A DNA stretch of 64,000 nucleotides from Eubacteriales bacterium (GCA_045656765.1 JAZORU010000017.1:17489-81488), one strand, 5' to 3'. Shown: positions 19,536 through 29,738, counted from the first letter of the stretch. The notes: generated by a model from the letters alone, not told the origin. Translations and numbers: made by a program.

Positions 19536-21077
19536 TTAAATGAAATATTTTCTGTCAAGAGAGCGAAGCTGTATAGCTTCGGCAATGTGCTGGGACTTTA
19601 TCTGCTCGCTTTGGTCAAGGTCGGCTATCGTTCGCGCAACGCGGAGAATCTTATCGTGTCCGCGTGCCGAGAGTCCGAGCTTGTCAAACGCTACGCGAAG
19701 CAGCTCCGTGCCCGCCTCGTCGGGCTTGCAGTAGGTCTGCACCTCGCGGGGTGATAGGGATGCGTTTGAATACTTTTTATTTATACCGTCGCGCTTAAAA
19801 CGGGCTGAGGCAAATTCGCGTGCGCGGTTTACCCTCGCTTTTATATCCGCCGAATGCTCGCCCCTCTCGCCCGAGGTCATATCCGTGTAGGTTACGGGCG
19901 GTACCTCTATCTGTATATCTATTCTGTCAAGAAGCGGGCCGGATATCTTTCCCATATATTTTTTTATGTCGTTTGTCGAGCAGGAACACTCTTTTGTGGG
20001 GTGTCCGTAGTAGCCGCACTTGCAGGGGTTCATCGCACACACGAGCATAAAGCTGCAGGGATATGGTATACGTCCCATAACTCTCGTTATGGTAACTACT
20101 CCGTCCTCAAGCGGCTGGCGAAGTCCTTCGGTCACCTGCTTTGGAAATTCGGGAAGCTCATCAAGGAAGAGCACCCCGTTGTGAGCGAGCGATATCTCGC
20201 CGGGCTTCGGTACGGCTCCGCCGCCTATAAGAGAAACAGAGCTTACCGTGTGGTGCGGTGAGCGGAAGGGACGGGTGTTTAAAATCGCCTTGTCACCGAG
20301 AAGTCCCGATATAGAGTGAAGCTTGGTTGACTGAAGAGCCTCTTCGAAGGTAAGGTCGGGAAGAATGGTGGGCAGTCGCTTTGCGAGCATGCTTTTACCT
20401 GATCCCGGAGTTCCTATCATAAGGATGTTATGTCCGCCTGCCGCCGCTATTTCAAGCGCACGCTTAGCCGACTGCTGACCGAGAACGTCGTAAAAATCAA
20501 GCTCGCCGAGGTTGCTCTCGGCATAAAATACAGATTTATCAAAGGCGGTCGGCTCAAGGAGCTTTTCGCCTCTGAGATGGCGCACGAGAGATATTATACT
20601 GTCAACACCGTACACGTCGATTCCTTCAACAACAGAGGCTTCCTTTGCGTTTTTCTCGGGAAGGTAGATCTCACGCAGTCCTGCATCACGAGCCGCCGCA
20701 CACAGACAGAGCGCGCCGTTTATAGCGTTGAAGTTACCCGAGAGGGAAAGCTCGCCTATGATGCACTTATCCGACATATCAAGTGAGCGAGGGATTATAT
20801 CGGCACTTTGAAGTATTCCCGTAAGAATAGCCGCGTCAAAGCCGGAGCCTTCCTTTTTTCTGTTGGCGGGGGCGAGGTTTACCATGATTCCGCCGCTTGG
20901 AAGTCGAAGTCCGCTGTTTTCAGCCGCCGTGCATACGCGCTCGCGAGCTTCTTTTACCGCGGTGTCGGGAAGTCCTACTATATGAAAGTCGTTAAGTTTG
21001 CTCTGCACGCTTACCTCTACGTTTACTATAAAGCCGTCAATACCGAAGAGAGCGGCAGATTTTATGTTTGTAAGCAT
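19536..21077 (-). CDS. comM: ComM/YifB AAA+ ATPase (competence helicase)
   Basis: VGLPDTAVKEARERV, GTPGSGKS, RSPHHT, PGEISLAHNGVLFLDE, ISGPLLDRID. Confidence 0.93.
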   Translation of the reverse strand: MLTNIKSAALFGIDGFIVNVEVSVQSKLNDFHIVGLPDTAVKEARERVCTAAENSGLRLPSGGIMVNLAPANRKKEGSGFDAAILTGILQSADIIPRSLDMSDKCIIGELSLSGNFNAINGALCLCAAARDAGLREIYLPEKNAKEASVVEGIDVYGVDSIISLVRHLRGEKLLEPTAFDKSVFYAESNLGELDFYDVLGQQSAKRALEIAAAGGHNILMIGTPGSGKSMLAKRLPTILPDLTFEEALQSTKLHSISGLLGDKAILNTRPFRSPHHTVSSVSLIGGGAVPKPGEISLAHNGVLFLDELPEFPKQVTEGLRQPLEDGVVTITRVMGRIPYPCSFMLVCAMNPCKCGYYGHPTKECSCSTNDIKKYMGKISGPLLDRIDIQIEVPPVTYTDMTSGERGEHSADIKARVNRAREFASARFKRDGINKKYSNASLSPREVQTYCKPDEAGTELLRVAFDKLGLSARGHDKILRVARTIADLDQSEQIKSQHIAEAIQLRSLDRKYFI

Positions 21078-21249
21078 AAAGTCAGCCTCTTTTAGTCGTT
21101 TTTCTTTATTTTAGCATATTGCCGACGGGATTTCAATAATAATTATCTTTTTAAATGATATTTCTATATTATTGCTTTTTCGTGTGATTTGTGGTATAAT
21201 AACCGAGTGTTAAAGCAAAATTTGCGTAAAAAGGAAAACGAGGTTTAGA

Positions 21250-23406
21250 ATGGATATTAACAGTACGCTTGCAAAAGAGCTAAATATAAAGGTGACGCAG
21301 GTAGAGGGTGCGGTCAGGCTGATTGACGAGGGCAACACTATCCCGTTTATTGCCAGATACAGAAAAGAGGTCACAGGCTCGCTTGACGACCAGGTGCTTC
21401 GTACGCTTGCCGACAGACTTGAATATCTCAGAAATTTAGAGGAAACACGCGAAAAGATAAGAGCCTCGATAACAGAGCAGGGGGCTATGACCGACGAGAT
21501 TGCCGCTTCTCTTGATGCGGCGCAGACTATGACCGAGCTTGACGACATATACCGTCCGTACAGACCGAAGAGAAAGACGAGAGCATCTGTTGCAAAGGCA
21601 CGCGGTCTTGAGCCTCTTGCGCTTATGATATACGCGCAGGAAAAGAACTCTGATACCCCCGAGGCTATGGCAGAGGGCTTTATTACCGAAGAGGTTCCCG
21701 ACTCCTCGGCGGCACTTGCGGGAGCGAGTGACATTATCGCAGAGATGATAAGCGACGATGCGGCACTGAGAAAGACCTTGCGTGAGAATTTCCTTCTTCA
21801 CGCGGTGCTGTCCTCTCACGGACTCGGGGAGGATTTGGGCGTTTACGATATGTACGCGGAGTATTCCGAGCCTGTAGCTAAAATTGCGCCTCACAGAGTG
21901 CTTGCGGTCAATCGCGGAGAGCGAGAGGAATTTCTCAAGGTAGAGGTCAGCTTTGACGAGGGTGTTGCGCTCTCTATCATAAGCGACGCTCATATAAAGG
22001 AAGGCTCGCCCTGTACCTCGCTTGTTAAGGAAGCGGCGGCTGATGCATACGCGAGACTTATATTTCCGTCGATCGAGCGCGAGATAAGAAATACGCTTAC
22101 CGATAACGCAAGCGAGTCTGCAATAAAGGTATTTTCGCTTAATCTGAAGCAGCTTTTGATGCAGCCGCCCGTTAAGAACAGAGTTACCCTCGGCTTTGAC
22201 CCCGGTTACAGAATGGGATGCAAGCTTGCCGTAGTAGACGGCACGGGCAAGGTGCTTGAGACGGCTGTAATATACCCCGTTCCGCCTTTTTCTAAAGTCG
22301 AGCAGGCGAAGGCTACGGTAAAGCGCCTTTGCGACAAATATAAGGTTGAGATGTTCGCTATCGGAAACGGTACTGCTTCTCACGAGACTGAGGTCTTCTG
22401 TGCCGACGTTATCCGCGAGATAGGCGGTATCAGCTATATGGTTGTAAGCGAGTCGGGCGCATCGGTCTACTCAGCTTCGAAGATAGGCGCCGAGGAATTC
22501 CCCGATTTCGACGTAAACGTAAGAAGTGCCGTGTCTATTGCGAGACGTCTTCAGGACCCGCTTGCAGAGCTTGTAAAGATCGATCCGAAGGCAATAGGTG
22601 TAGGTCAGTATCAGCACGATATGCCCGAAAAGAGACTGTCCGAAGCACTTGACGGAGTCGTCGAGGACTGCGTAAACTCGGTAGGAGTTGACTTAAATAC
22701 CGCATCAGCCCCCCTGCTTTCGCGCGTTTCGGGTATAGGCGGCACGCTTGCTAAGAATATAGTCACCTACCGCGAGGAAAACGGTGCCTTCACGTCAAGG
22801 GCACAGCTTAAAAAAGTGTCGAAGTTAGGACCGAAGGCATTCGAGCAGTGCGCGGGATTCTTGCGTGTTCCCGAGAGCAAAAATCCCTTTGACAACACGG
22901 GAGTTCATCCCGAGAGCTACGAGGCGGCAAAGGCTGTGCTTTCCGAGTGCGGATATACCGAGGCGGATATCAAGGCAGGCGGAGTTGAGGGAATCGGCGA
23001 CAAGATAGAGAGTATTGGCGTAGCTAACCTTGCCCAAAGCATTGGAGTCGGCGTGCCCACGCTCAGAGATATTGCAAAGGAGCTTTCCCGTCCCGGCAGA
23101 GACCCGAGAGACGAGCTTCCCCCGCCCATGCTTCGCACGGATATTATGTCAATGGAAGATTTAAAACCCGGTATGGAGATGACGGGAACGGTCAGAAACG
23201 TCATAGACTTCGGCGTGTTTGTCGATATAGGTGTGCATCAGGACGGACTCGTTCACATATCCCAGCTTTCAAACAGATTCGTAAAGCATCCGCTTGACGT
23301 AGTCAAGGTAGGGGATATAGTCAAGGTATGGGTAATTAGCGTTGACACGGCGAAAAAGAGGATCTCTCTTACGATGAAAGACCCGCAAAAACAGCAAAAG
23401 CAGTAA
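21250..23406 (+). CDS. tex: Tex family transcription accessory protein (YqgF, HhH and S1 domains)
   Basis: TIPFIARYRKE, DPGYRMGCK, IGVGQYQHD, C-terminal S1 FGVFVDIGVHQDGLVHIS. Confidence 0.95.
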   Translation: MDINSTLAKELNIKVTQVEGAVRLIDEGNTIPFIARYRKEVTGSLDDQVLRTLADRLEYLRNLEETREKIRASITEQGAMTDEIAASLDAAQTMTELDDIYRPYRPKRKTRASVAKARGLEPLALMIYAQEKNSDTPEAMAEGFITEEVPDSSAALAGASDIIAEMISDDAALRKTLRENFLLHAVLSSHGLGEDLGVYDMYAEYSEPVAKIAPHRVLAVNRGEREEFLKVEVSFDEGVALSIISDAHIKEGSPCTSLVKEAAADAYARLIFPSIEREIRNTLTDNASESAIKVFSLNLKQLLMQPPVKNRVTLGFDPGYRMGCKLAVVDGTGKVLETAVIYPVPPFSKVEQAKATVKRLCDKYKVEMFAIGNGTASHETEVFCADVIREIGGISYMVVSESGASVYSASKIGAEEFPDFDVNVRSAVSIARRLQDPLAELVKIDPKAIGVGQYQHDMPEKRLSEALDGVVEDCVNSVGVDLNTASAPLLSRVSGIGGTLAKNIVTYREENGAFTSRAQLKKVSKLGPKAFEQCAGFLRVPESKNPFDNTGVHPESYEAAKAVLSECGYTEADIKAGGVEGIGDKIESIGVANLAQSIGVGVPTLRDIAKELSRPGRDPRDELPPPMLRTDIMSMEDLKPGMEMTGTVRNVIDFGVFVDIGVHQDGLVHISQLSNRFVKHPLDVVKVGDIVKVWVISVDTAKKRISLTMKDPQKQQKQ

Positions 23407-23567
23407 AGATAAATCCCAAAAAGGCAAAAACGCGCAGGAAGAGTGCGGTTTTTGCCTTTTTCTGCGTGAGCACTTGCTTTTTTAGAAATAGTATGCTATA
23501 ATACATTGATTTGTTTTATAACAAACAAAAAATTTCTTTTAGAAGAATATTTCGGAGGATCTATATT

Positions 23568-24839
23568 TTGGATACGGACAGTTGGAGTCAGATTATTATA
23601 CTCGTGATTCTGATAATGTTTTCGGCATTTTTCTCGGCTACCGAGACGGCTTTTACCTCGCTTAACAAAACCCGCCTTAAGATGATGGCGGAGGAAGGAA
23701 ACAAGCGTGCGTCTCTGGCATTTAGCTTGACGGAGCAGTACGATAAGCTCTTGACAACGGTGCTTATAGGTAACAATATCGTCAATATTGCTTCGACTGC
23801 AATTGCAACGGTCTTGTTTATCGGGCTTCTCGAAAACCAAGCGACAGGCTCAACGGTCTCAACCGTCGTGATGACTGTGGTCGTTCTTATTTTCGGTGAG
23901 ATAACACCGAAAAGCATAGCGAAGGAAAAGCCGGAGGCGTTTGCGATGTTCGCAGCTCCTTTTATAAAGTTTTTGTGCTATATTTTTGTTGTTTTCATTG
24001 GATTCTTTTCTCTTTGGAAAAAGATGCTCAAAGCAGTATTTAAGCTTGAAGCAAACGATACCATCACCGGCGAGGAGCTTATCAACATAGTTGAAGAAGC
24101 AGAGGACAGCGGCGGTATCGACGAGGAGGAAAGCGACCTTATACGTTCAGCTATTTCCTTTTCCGAGCTTATAGCAGAGGATATCCTTACCCCCCGCGTT
24201 GACGTTGTTGCAATATCCAAGGACGAGGAGGAGAGCAGAATAGCCGAGATATTCGACGAGTCGAAATTCTCGCGTCTGCCCGTCTACGAGGAAGACATAG
24301 ACAACATCGTCGGATTTTTGCATATCCGTGATTTCAGCAGCTCCAAGTTCTCGGAGGACGAGAAATTTAATATCGACGAGCTGATAAAGGATACCGTTTT
24401 CGTTGCAAAGAGTATGCCTGTAAACGACCTGCTGAAGCTTTTGCAGCAGAAAAAGACGCATATGGCGGTGGTTACCGACGAGTACGGCGGAACTGCAGGT
24501 ATCGTAACGCTTGAGGATATTCTTGAAGAGCTTGTCGGTGAGATATGGGATGAGGCTGACGAGGTCGTAGAGGATTTCGTTGAGCTTGAGGACGGCAGAG
24601 TAAAGGTGCTTTGCTCGGCACAGCTTTCAAAAATGTTCGACCGCTTCGATATAGAAAATGACGACGACAGCGAGTCGGTCTCTGTCGGCGGCTGGGTTAT
24701 AGAGCAGCTTTGCAAGATTCCCGAGGAGGGCGACAGCTTCACATATAACAATATGGAAGTGACCGTTACCAAGGTAGAGAACAGACGTATCATTGAGATA
24801 TGCGTTCTTCTGCACGAGGTAGAGGAAGAAAAAGAATAA
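23568..24839 (+). CDS. CNNM/HlyC-CorC family CBS-domain membrane protein
   Basis: SAFFSATETAF, LIGNNIVNI, FGEITPKS, FSRLPVY, VTDEYGGTAG; TTG start after GGAGG. Confidence 0.92.
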   Translation: MDTDSWSQIIILVILIMFSAFFSATETAFTSLNKTRLKMMAEEGNKRASLAFSLTEQYDKLLTTVLIGNNIVNIASTAIATVLFIGLLENQATGSTVSTVVMTVVVLIFGEITPKSIAKEKPEAFAMFAAPFIKFLCYIFVVFIGFFSLWKKMLKAVFKLEANDTITGEELINIVEEAEDSGGIDEEESDLIRSAISFSELIAEDILTPRVDVVAISKDEEESRIAEIFDESKFSRLPVYEEDIDNIVGFLHIRDFSSSKFSEDEKFNIDELIKDTVFVAKSMPVNDLLKLLQQKKTHMAVVTDEYGGTAGIVTLEDILEELVGEIWDEADEVVEDFVELEDGRVKVLCSAQLSKMFDRFDIENDDDSESVSVGGWVIEQLCKIPEEGDSFTYNNMEVTVTKVENRRIIEICVLLHEVEEEKE

Positions 24840-24842
24840 TTA

Positions 24843-24938
24843 CAAAAAACTGCCGAGACGGTAAAACGTCCCGGCAGTTTTTGCGTATAAACAAACAAGG
24901 TTTTCGCCTTCTTGGTGAAAATCTTTTTTTATTTTTTT
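24843..24938 (+). terminator. Two tandem intrinsic terminators upstream of the phage-like operon
   Basis: AAAAACTGCCG...CGGCAGTTTTT (24843-24883) and AAGGTTTTCGCC-ttctt-GGTGAAAATCTT plus a long T tract (24897-24938). Confidence 0.75.
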
Positions 24939-25003
24939 AAAGTGTACGTTTTTCGGCGGTTTTGTTCGGTAGAATACAAATGCAGGCGAGACAGGAGGCA
25001 GAA

Positions 25004-25333
25004 ATGAAGAAAGAAAAGAAAGACAAAAAAGAGAACGTCAGCACAGACGAGGCAAGGAAGCTCGAAGGCATCTGGAGTCGCGCGATGGCGCTGAGGGGAC
25101 TTAAAAAGGTGCTCGGCGTGTCGCTTGAGGCGGCGAAGATCCCAAAGCTTGACGAGAACGGGGAAGTGGTTGAGATAAAATACAACCCGAGCGCCGCCAA
25201 CGCCGCGACAAAGGCTATCGAGACGGCGAACAAGATGCTCGGCTACAACCTTCCCGACGAGGACGAGGAGACGGATGAGGACGACGGCGAGATAACCGTC
25301 ATCTTTGAGGGAATGGAGGAATATTCGCTTTGA
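25004..25333 (+). CDS. Putative terminase small subunit (short, no evident HTH)
   Basis: Directly upstream of and overlapping terL; SAANAATKAIETANKMLG helix and acidic tail ending ITVIFEG resemble TerS C-terminal regions; AGGAGG RBS. Confidence 0.6.
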   Translation: MKKEKKDKKENVSTDEARKLEGIWSRAMALRGLKKVLGVSLEAAKIPKLDENGEVVEIKYNPSAANAATKAIETANKMLGYNLPDEDEETDEDDGEITVIFEGMEEYSL

Positions 25334-26670
25334 CACTTACGCTTTCTCCGCCTCACGAAAAGCAAAAGGAGTTTTTACTCGCTCGCACACGCTACGTGGC
25401 TTACGGCGGTGCGAGAGGCGGCGGCAAGAGCCATGCCGTCCGTCTGAAAGCTACGCTGCTCTGCCTCAGATACAGTGGGATCCGCGTGCTGATAGTGAGG
25501 CGCTCCTACCCCGAGCTATACGAAAACCATATAAAGATAATGACGAGGGAGCTTGCGGGCGTTGCTTCCTACAGGGACTCGGACAAGAGCCTGACCTTTA
25601 AAAACCAAAGCAGGATAAAGTTCGGCTACTGTTCATCTGACTCTGACCTGCTTCAGTATCAGGGAGTCGAGTACGACGTTATCTTTATGGATGAGGCAAC
25701 ACATTTTACCGAATATCAGTTTTCGGTAATAGGTGCCTGTATGCGAGGGGCAAACGATTTTCCGAAGCGCTTTTATCTCACCTGCAACCCCGGTGGAGTT
25801 GGGCACGCTTGGGTAAAGAGGCTGTTCGTTGACCGTGAATATAAAGAGGGAGAGTGTGCTGACAACTATACCTTTATAAAAAGCACGGTGTACGACAACA
25901 AGCCCTTAATTTCCTCCGACACCGAATACGTAAGCACGCTCAAAAACCTTCCGACCGAGCTCAGACGCGCGTGGCTCGACGGAGACTGGGACGTGTTTGC
26001 GGGACAATATTTTACCGAATTTTCAAGAGATATTCACGTATATGAAAGCTACTCTATTCCGCAGTGGTGGAAAAGATACAGAGCGTTTGACTACGGCCTT
26101 GATATGCTCGCCTGCTTATGGGCTGCAGTTGACGACTCGGGGGATATCTGGATATACCGTGAATACTGCGAGCCGAACCTTATCGTAAGCGAGGCGGCAA
26201 AGGTCATGCTTGAGCTTTCCCGAGATGAGAAAATAGTGACGACCGTAGCACCGCCCGATATGTACAATCGCCAGAAGGACACGGGTAAGAGCATGGCTGA
26301 GTGCTTCGAGGATGCGGGAGTTAAGCTCACTCGCGCAGACAACTCTCGAATACAGGGCTGGATGAATCTAAAGGAGTGGCTAAAGCCCAAAGCTGCGCCC
26401 GACGGCAAGAAGACGGCGAGGCTTCATATCTCAAGCGACTGCCGAGAGCTTATCAGATGCTTGCCCCAGCTTATGCACGACGAGCATTCAAGCATGGACG
26501 TATCAACCGAGCCGCACGAGATAACGCATATATGCGACGCTCTGAGATATATGTGTATGTACAGAAGCTCGGCTTCAAAGCAAAGGCCTTCTTTGAGCTT
26601 CGAGCAAAAATACCGCGAGCGCGCCATACGGGCGTGCCGCGGCGGTGTTGGGGGAGGATTTTTTACCTGA
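25330..26670 (+). CDS. Terminase large subunit
   Basis: Adenine-binding PHEKQ, Walker A YGGARGGGKS, Walker B VIFMDEA, motif III TCNPGG, nuclease AFDYG and HICDALRY. Confidence 0.93.
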   Translation: MTLTLSPPHEKQKEFLLARTRYVAYGGARGGGKSHAVRLKATLLCLRYSGIRVLIVRRSYPELYENHIKIMTRELAGVASYRDSDKSLTFKNQSRIKFGYCSSDSDLLQYQGVEYDVIFMDEATHFTEYQFSVIGACMRGANDFPKRFYLTCNPGGVGHAWVKRLFVDREYKEGECADNYTFIKSTVYDNKPLISSDTEYVSTLKNLPTELRRAWLDGDWDVFAGQYFTEFSRDIHVYESYSIPQWWKRYRAFDYGLDMLACLWAAVDDSGDIWIYREYCEPNLIVSEAAKVMLELSRDEKIVTTVAPPDMYNRQKDTGKSMAECFEDAGVKLTRADNSRIQGWMNLKEWLKPKAAPDGKKTARLHISSDCRELIRCLPQLMHDEHSSMDVSTEPHEITHICDALRYMCMYRSSASKQRPSLSFEQKYRERAIRACRGGVGGGFFT

Positions 26671-26695
26671 TACTACAAAAAATTTGGAGGAAAAC

Positions 26696-26884
26696 ATGAA
26701 AACGATTTTTAAAGTAAAGCGGAAATGCTCGGTGCCGGGGTGTGCTTCTGTTGACTGCTATGCGGCAAGCAGAGGCTCGGGGGGAGCAGTGAGCCTTTGC
26801 CGTGAATGTGCAAAAGAGCTGTATCTTGCACATTACGGCGAAAAAGCGCCGCACACAAGGAAAAAGGAGGACAAAGGTGACTGA
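26696..26884 (+). CDS. Small Cys-rich (putative Zn-binding) protein
   Basis: GGAGG RBS; CSVPGC...LCRECA. Confidence 0.6.
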   Translation: MKTIFKVKRKCSVPGCASVDCYAASRGSGGAVSLCRECAKELYLAHYGEKAPHTRKKEDKGD

Positions 26885-27095
26885 GATAATTTTCGTGCTT
26901 TTGTATCTTTTGGCGGTGCTGTGGCTTGAGCGATGTCACCGTGCGGAGAGACGGGAGCTATACGACCGCATAAGCTTTGATAAGTCCGAGGACTACGTCA
27001 AGCTTCGCGAAAAGAAAAAGCGTCAGATGCCCGAGCCCCCGTATATGAAGACCGCGAAAAAGTGGCGCAGTACAAAGGAGAGTGAGCACAGATGA
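26877..27095 (+). CDS. Small single-TM protein preceding the portal
   Basis: GGAGG then GTG; IIFVLLYLLAVLWL followed by ERRELYDRI; overlaps both neighbours. Confidence 0.6.
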   Translation: MTEIIFVLLYLLAVLWLERCHRAERRELYDRISFDKSEDYVKLREKKKRQMPEPPYMKTAKKWRSTKESEHR

Positions 27096-29059
27096 GCAGC
27101 TTAAAGGATATTTTTTTGAAAAAAGATGCGGCAGAGAAAAAGACCTCAGACAAGGACGTTTCCCCTCGCTTTTATAATGAGGATGGGGGAGAGGTATACG
27201 AGGAAGAGGTAGTTGCGTTTATAGCGGACGAGCTTGAACGCCGCCGCGAAGAGAGGCGCGGATGTGAGCTTCAGTGGAGACTCAACTCAAACTTCCTTCT
27301 CGGACATCAGAACTGCGATATAAACCCATATAGAAGCGAAGTGGAGGACAGAGAGGTACAGTACGAGTATATGCAGCGCGCTTGCTATAACCGCATAGCA
27401 CCTATCATTGATACGAGACTTGCCAACCTTGAAACAATGCGCTTCGATATGACGGTCACACCCGCAACCAACGAAATAGACGACTATGAGAAGGCGAACA
27501 TATCAACAAAGATTCTTTCCTATCTTAAAAGCTCTACCGACTTTGACAGCGTAAGACGCTCGCTTGTTGCATGGAGCGAGATGTGCGGCTCTGCTTTTGT
27601 GATGTCCTGGTGGGACAGAGACGCCGGTGCTGTGATAGGTACTGCGGAGCAGACGGATGCAGAGGGGAACAAGACCGAGATAGAGCTTCACGAGGGAGAC
27701 GTCAAATACGGCATCCTTACACCCTACGAGGTATATCCCGACAGCATAAATATACAGAGCATCAAGGAGCAGAGCTCTGTCATAGTCGAGCAGGTAATGA
27801 AAAGCGAGCGCGTATACGAGCTGTACGGTATAAAGCTTGAAGGCGGGACAGTCGAGACCTACGCACTTTCTCATACAGAGGGAGGCGGCGGTTTCGGGTA
27901 CCCTAATACCGATATGAGTCTCTCGCCCTGTATGGCGGAGGATTCGGTTAAGGTTATCTCGTACTTTGAGAGGGCTTCAAAGAAGCACCCGCACGGCAGA
28001 CTTATAATATGTGCCGCGGATAAGGTGCTTTTCTACGGAGCCTTGCCTTATGACGATATCCCGATAGCCCAGCTGAAAACAAAGGACGTACCCGGGCGGT
28101 TCTTTGGCAGAAGCGTGATTGAGGAGCTAATTCCGCTCCAGAGAGCTTATAACGGATGCAAAAACAAGATCCACGACTACATAAGGACTCTTGCTTCAAA
28201 TCCGCTTCTCGTTCCCGAGGGAAGCATCGACGATATTGAGTCTCTCGTTGAATGTGGCACAGCACCAGGCTCTATTATCGAGTACGATGCCGACAGAGGA
28301 AAGCCATCCCCGCTTATTTTCCAAAGCATTTCAAACGAGGTGCGCGAGGAGTGCGACGATATCGTGCGCGAGATGGAATACGTGGCGGGCGTTTCTCAGC
28401 TTATGGTTGCAGGCTCAAGACCGCAGGGTGTTACGAGCGGAACTGCCATTGAAAGACTGCAAAAAATTGATAACACACGTCTTTCCCTCGTGGCAGACCG
28501 CATAAGAAGCACCGTCAGAGACGTGGCTCTTACCTGGCTTAAAATATACAAGCGCCATGCAAAGACCTGCCGTCTCGTCGCTATTTCGGGACAGAACGAG
28601 ATGTCAAGCGTCTTTACCTGGACGGGTGACGATATCAATTCCTTTGATATCGTGTTTGATACCGAAAACGAGCTGAAAAACAGCGAGGAAAAGCAACGCG
28701 AAAATTTCCTTTACGCAATGTCTATGGGACTGTTCTCGGACGAGGACGGAAAGCTTCCGAGGGACTTCAAGGAAAGAGCGATAGAGATGCTAAGACTCGG
28801 TGCGTACGGTGCTCTTATGGGCGAGAATGAGCTTCAGCTTACCAATGCGAGAAGAGAGAACAATATGCTTGCGCAGGGAAGCTTGCCCGAGCTTGACCGA
28901 TATGACGACGATGCGCTTCATATATCCGAGCACAAGCGATTTGCCCTGCAGATGCGATTTAAGCTTCTGCGTAAAAAAGAGCCTGTTCTTGCGGCGGCGT
29001 TTGACGAGCATATTGCCGCGCACGCTACGAGACTTAAGCTAAAAGAAAAAGGAGAATAA
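27092..29059 (+). CDS. Portal protein (large, podovirus-like)
   Basis: 655 aa after the terminase; YNRIAPIID, FFGRSVIEELIPLQRAYN, GVTSGTAI. Confidence 0.82.
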   Translation: MSSLKDIFLKKDAAEKKTSDKDVSPRFYNEDGGEVYEEEVVAFIADELERRREERRGCELQWRLNSNFLLGHQNCDINPYRSEVEDREVQYEYMQRACYNRIAPIIDTRLANLETMRFDMTVTPATNEIDDYEKANISTKILSYLKSSTDFDSVRRSLVAWSEMCGSAFVMSWWDRDAGAVIGTAEQTDAEGNKTEIELHEGDVKYGILTPYEVYPDSINIQSIKEQSSVIVEQVMKSERVYELYGIKLEGGTVETYALSHTEGGGGFGYPNTDMSLSPCMAEDSVKVISYFERASKKHPHGRLIICAADKVLFYGALPYDDIPIAQLKTKDVPGRFFGRSVIEELIPLQRAYNGCKNKIHDYIRTLASNPLLVPEGSIDDIESLVECGTAPGSIIEYDADRGKPSPLIFQSISNEVREECDDIVREMEYVAGVSQLMVAGSRPQGVTSGTAIERLQKIDNTRLSLVADRIRSTVRDVALTWLKIYKRHAKTCRLVAISGQNEMSSVFTWTGDDINSFDIVFDTENELKNSEEKQRENFLYAMSMGLFSDEDGKLPRDFKERAIEMLRLGAYGALMGENELQLTNARRENNMLAQGSLPELDRYDDDALHISEHKRFALQMRFKLLRKKEPVLAAAFDEHIAAHATRLKLKEKGE

Positions 29060-29060
29060 C

Positions 29061-29711
29061 ATGAAAAAAACAGAACAAAAAGAAGAGATCCTCTCGGCAC
29101 CGGCACCCATCGTGGAGGGTGTCGAGGAGGTGCTCGATCCTGAGCTTTCCGAAGATAGTCTTCCCACGAAGGAAGAGCTTGCTTCGATGACGGAAGCTGA
29201 GAGAGCAGAGCTTTACAGGCAGATAGTTGATACGGTAGACCGAACGGTCGAGGACAGGGTAAATTCTCTTGCCGAGGAATACAAGAGAGGCATATCTGAT
29301 CTTCAGGATGCAAGCGTAAGAGGTGCTTTTGCTTCTTCCGAGAAGTTTTCGGGATTTGGCGAGAGCATTGCGGCAATCGATACGCTCATAGAAAAGGTGC
29401 CCGTTCTCAAAACCCTTCCCGCAGACGAAAAGTACACCGTAGCCTACCTAATAAACGAGGGCATAAAGGCAAGGGAGGTAAGATCGGGTATGAGTGCGGA
29501 GAGCCTGGTTTCTCTTATGAACTCGCGCCCCGACGCCATGCGTCTTTACGAGGCACAGAAAACCGAGGAGCTTTCCCGCAACTACAAGTCAACCCCTGCA
29601 TTTACGGCATCGGGCGGAAGCTCTGTTATGCCTGCAAACATTAAAAGCACGCCTAAGAATTTGGATGAGGCGAGCAGAGAAGCATATTCAAGCTTCGGTA
29701 TAAAAATATAA
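29061..29711 (+). CDS. Putative capsid scaffolding protein
   Basis: Acidic, helical, between portal and capsid; C-terminal PKNLDEA. Confidence 0.6.
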   Translation: MKKTEQKEEILSAPAPIVEGVEEVLDPELSEDSLPTKEELASMTEAERAELYRQIVDTVDRTVEDRVNSLAEEYKRGISDLQDASVRGAFASSEKFSGFGESIAAIDTLIEKVPVLKTLPADEKYTVAYLINEGIKAREVRSGMSAESLVSLMNSRPDAMRLYEAQKTEELSRNYKSTPAFTASGGSSVMPANIKSTPKNLDEASREAYSSFGIKI

Positions 29712-29738
29712 AAAAACAAAAACAAAGGAGAAAAAATT

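Noticed and set aside
21436-22383. 315-aa minus-strand ORF
   Set aside because: Antisense shadow of tex
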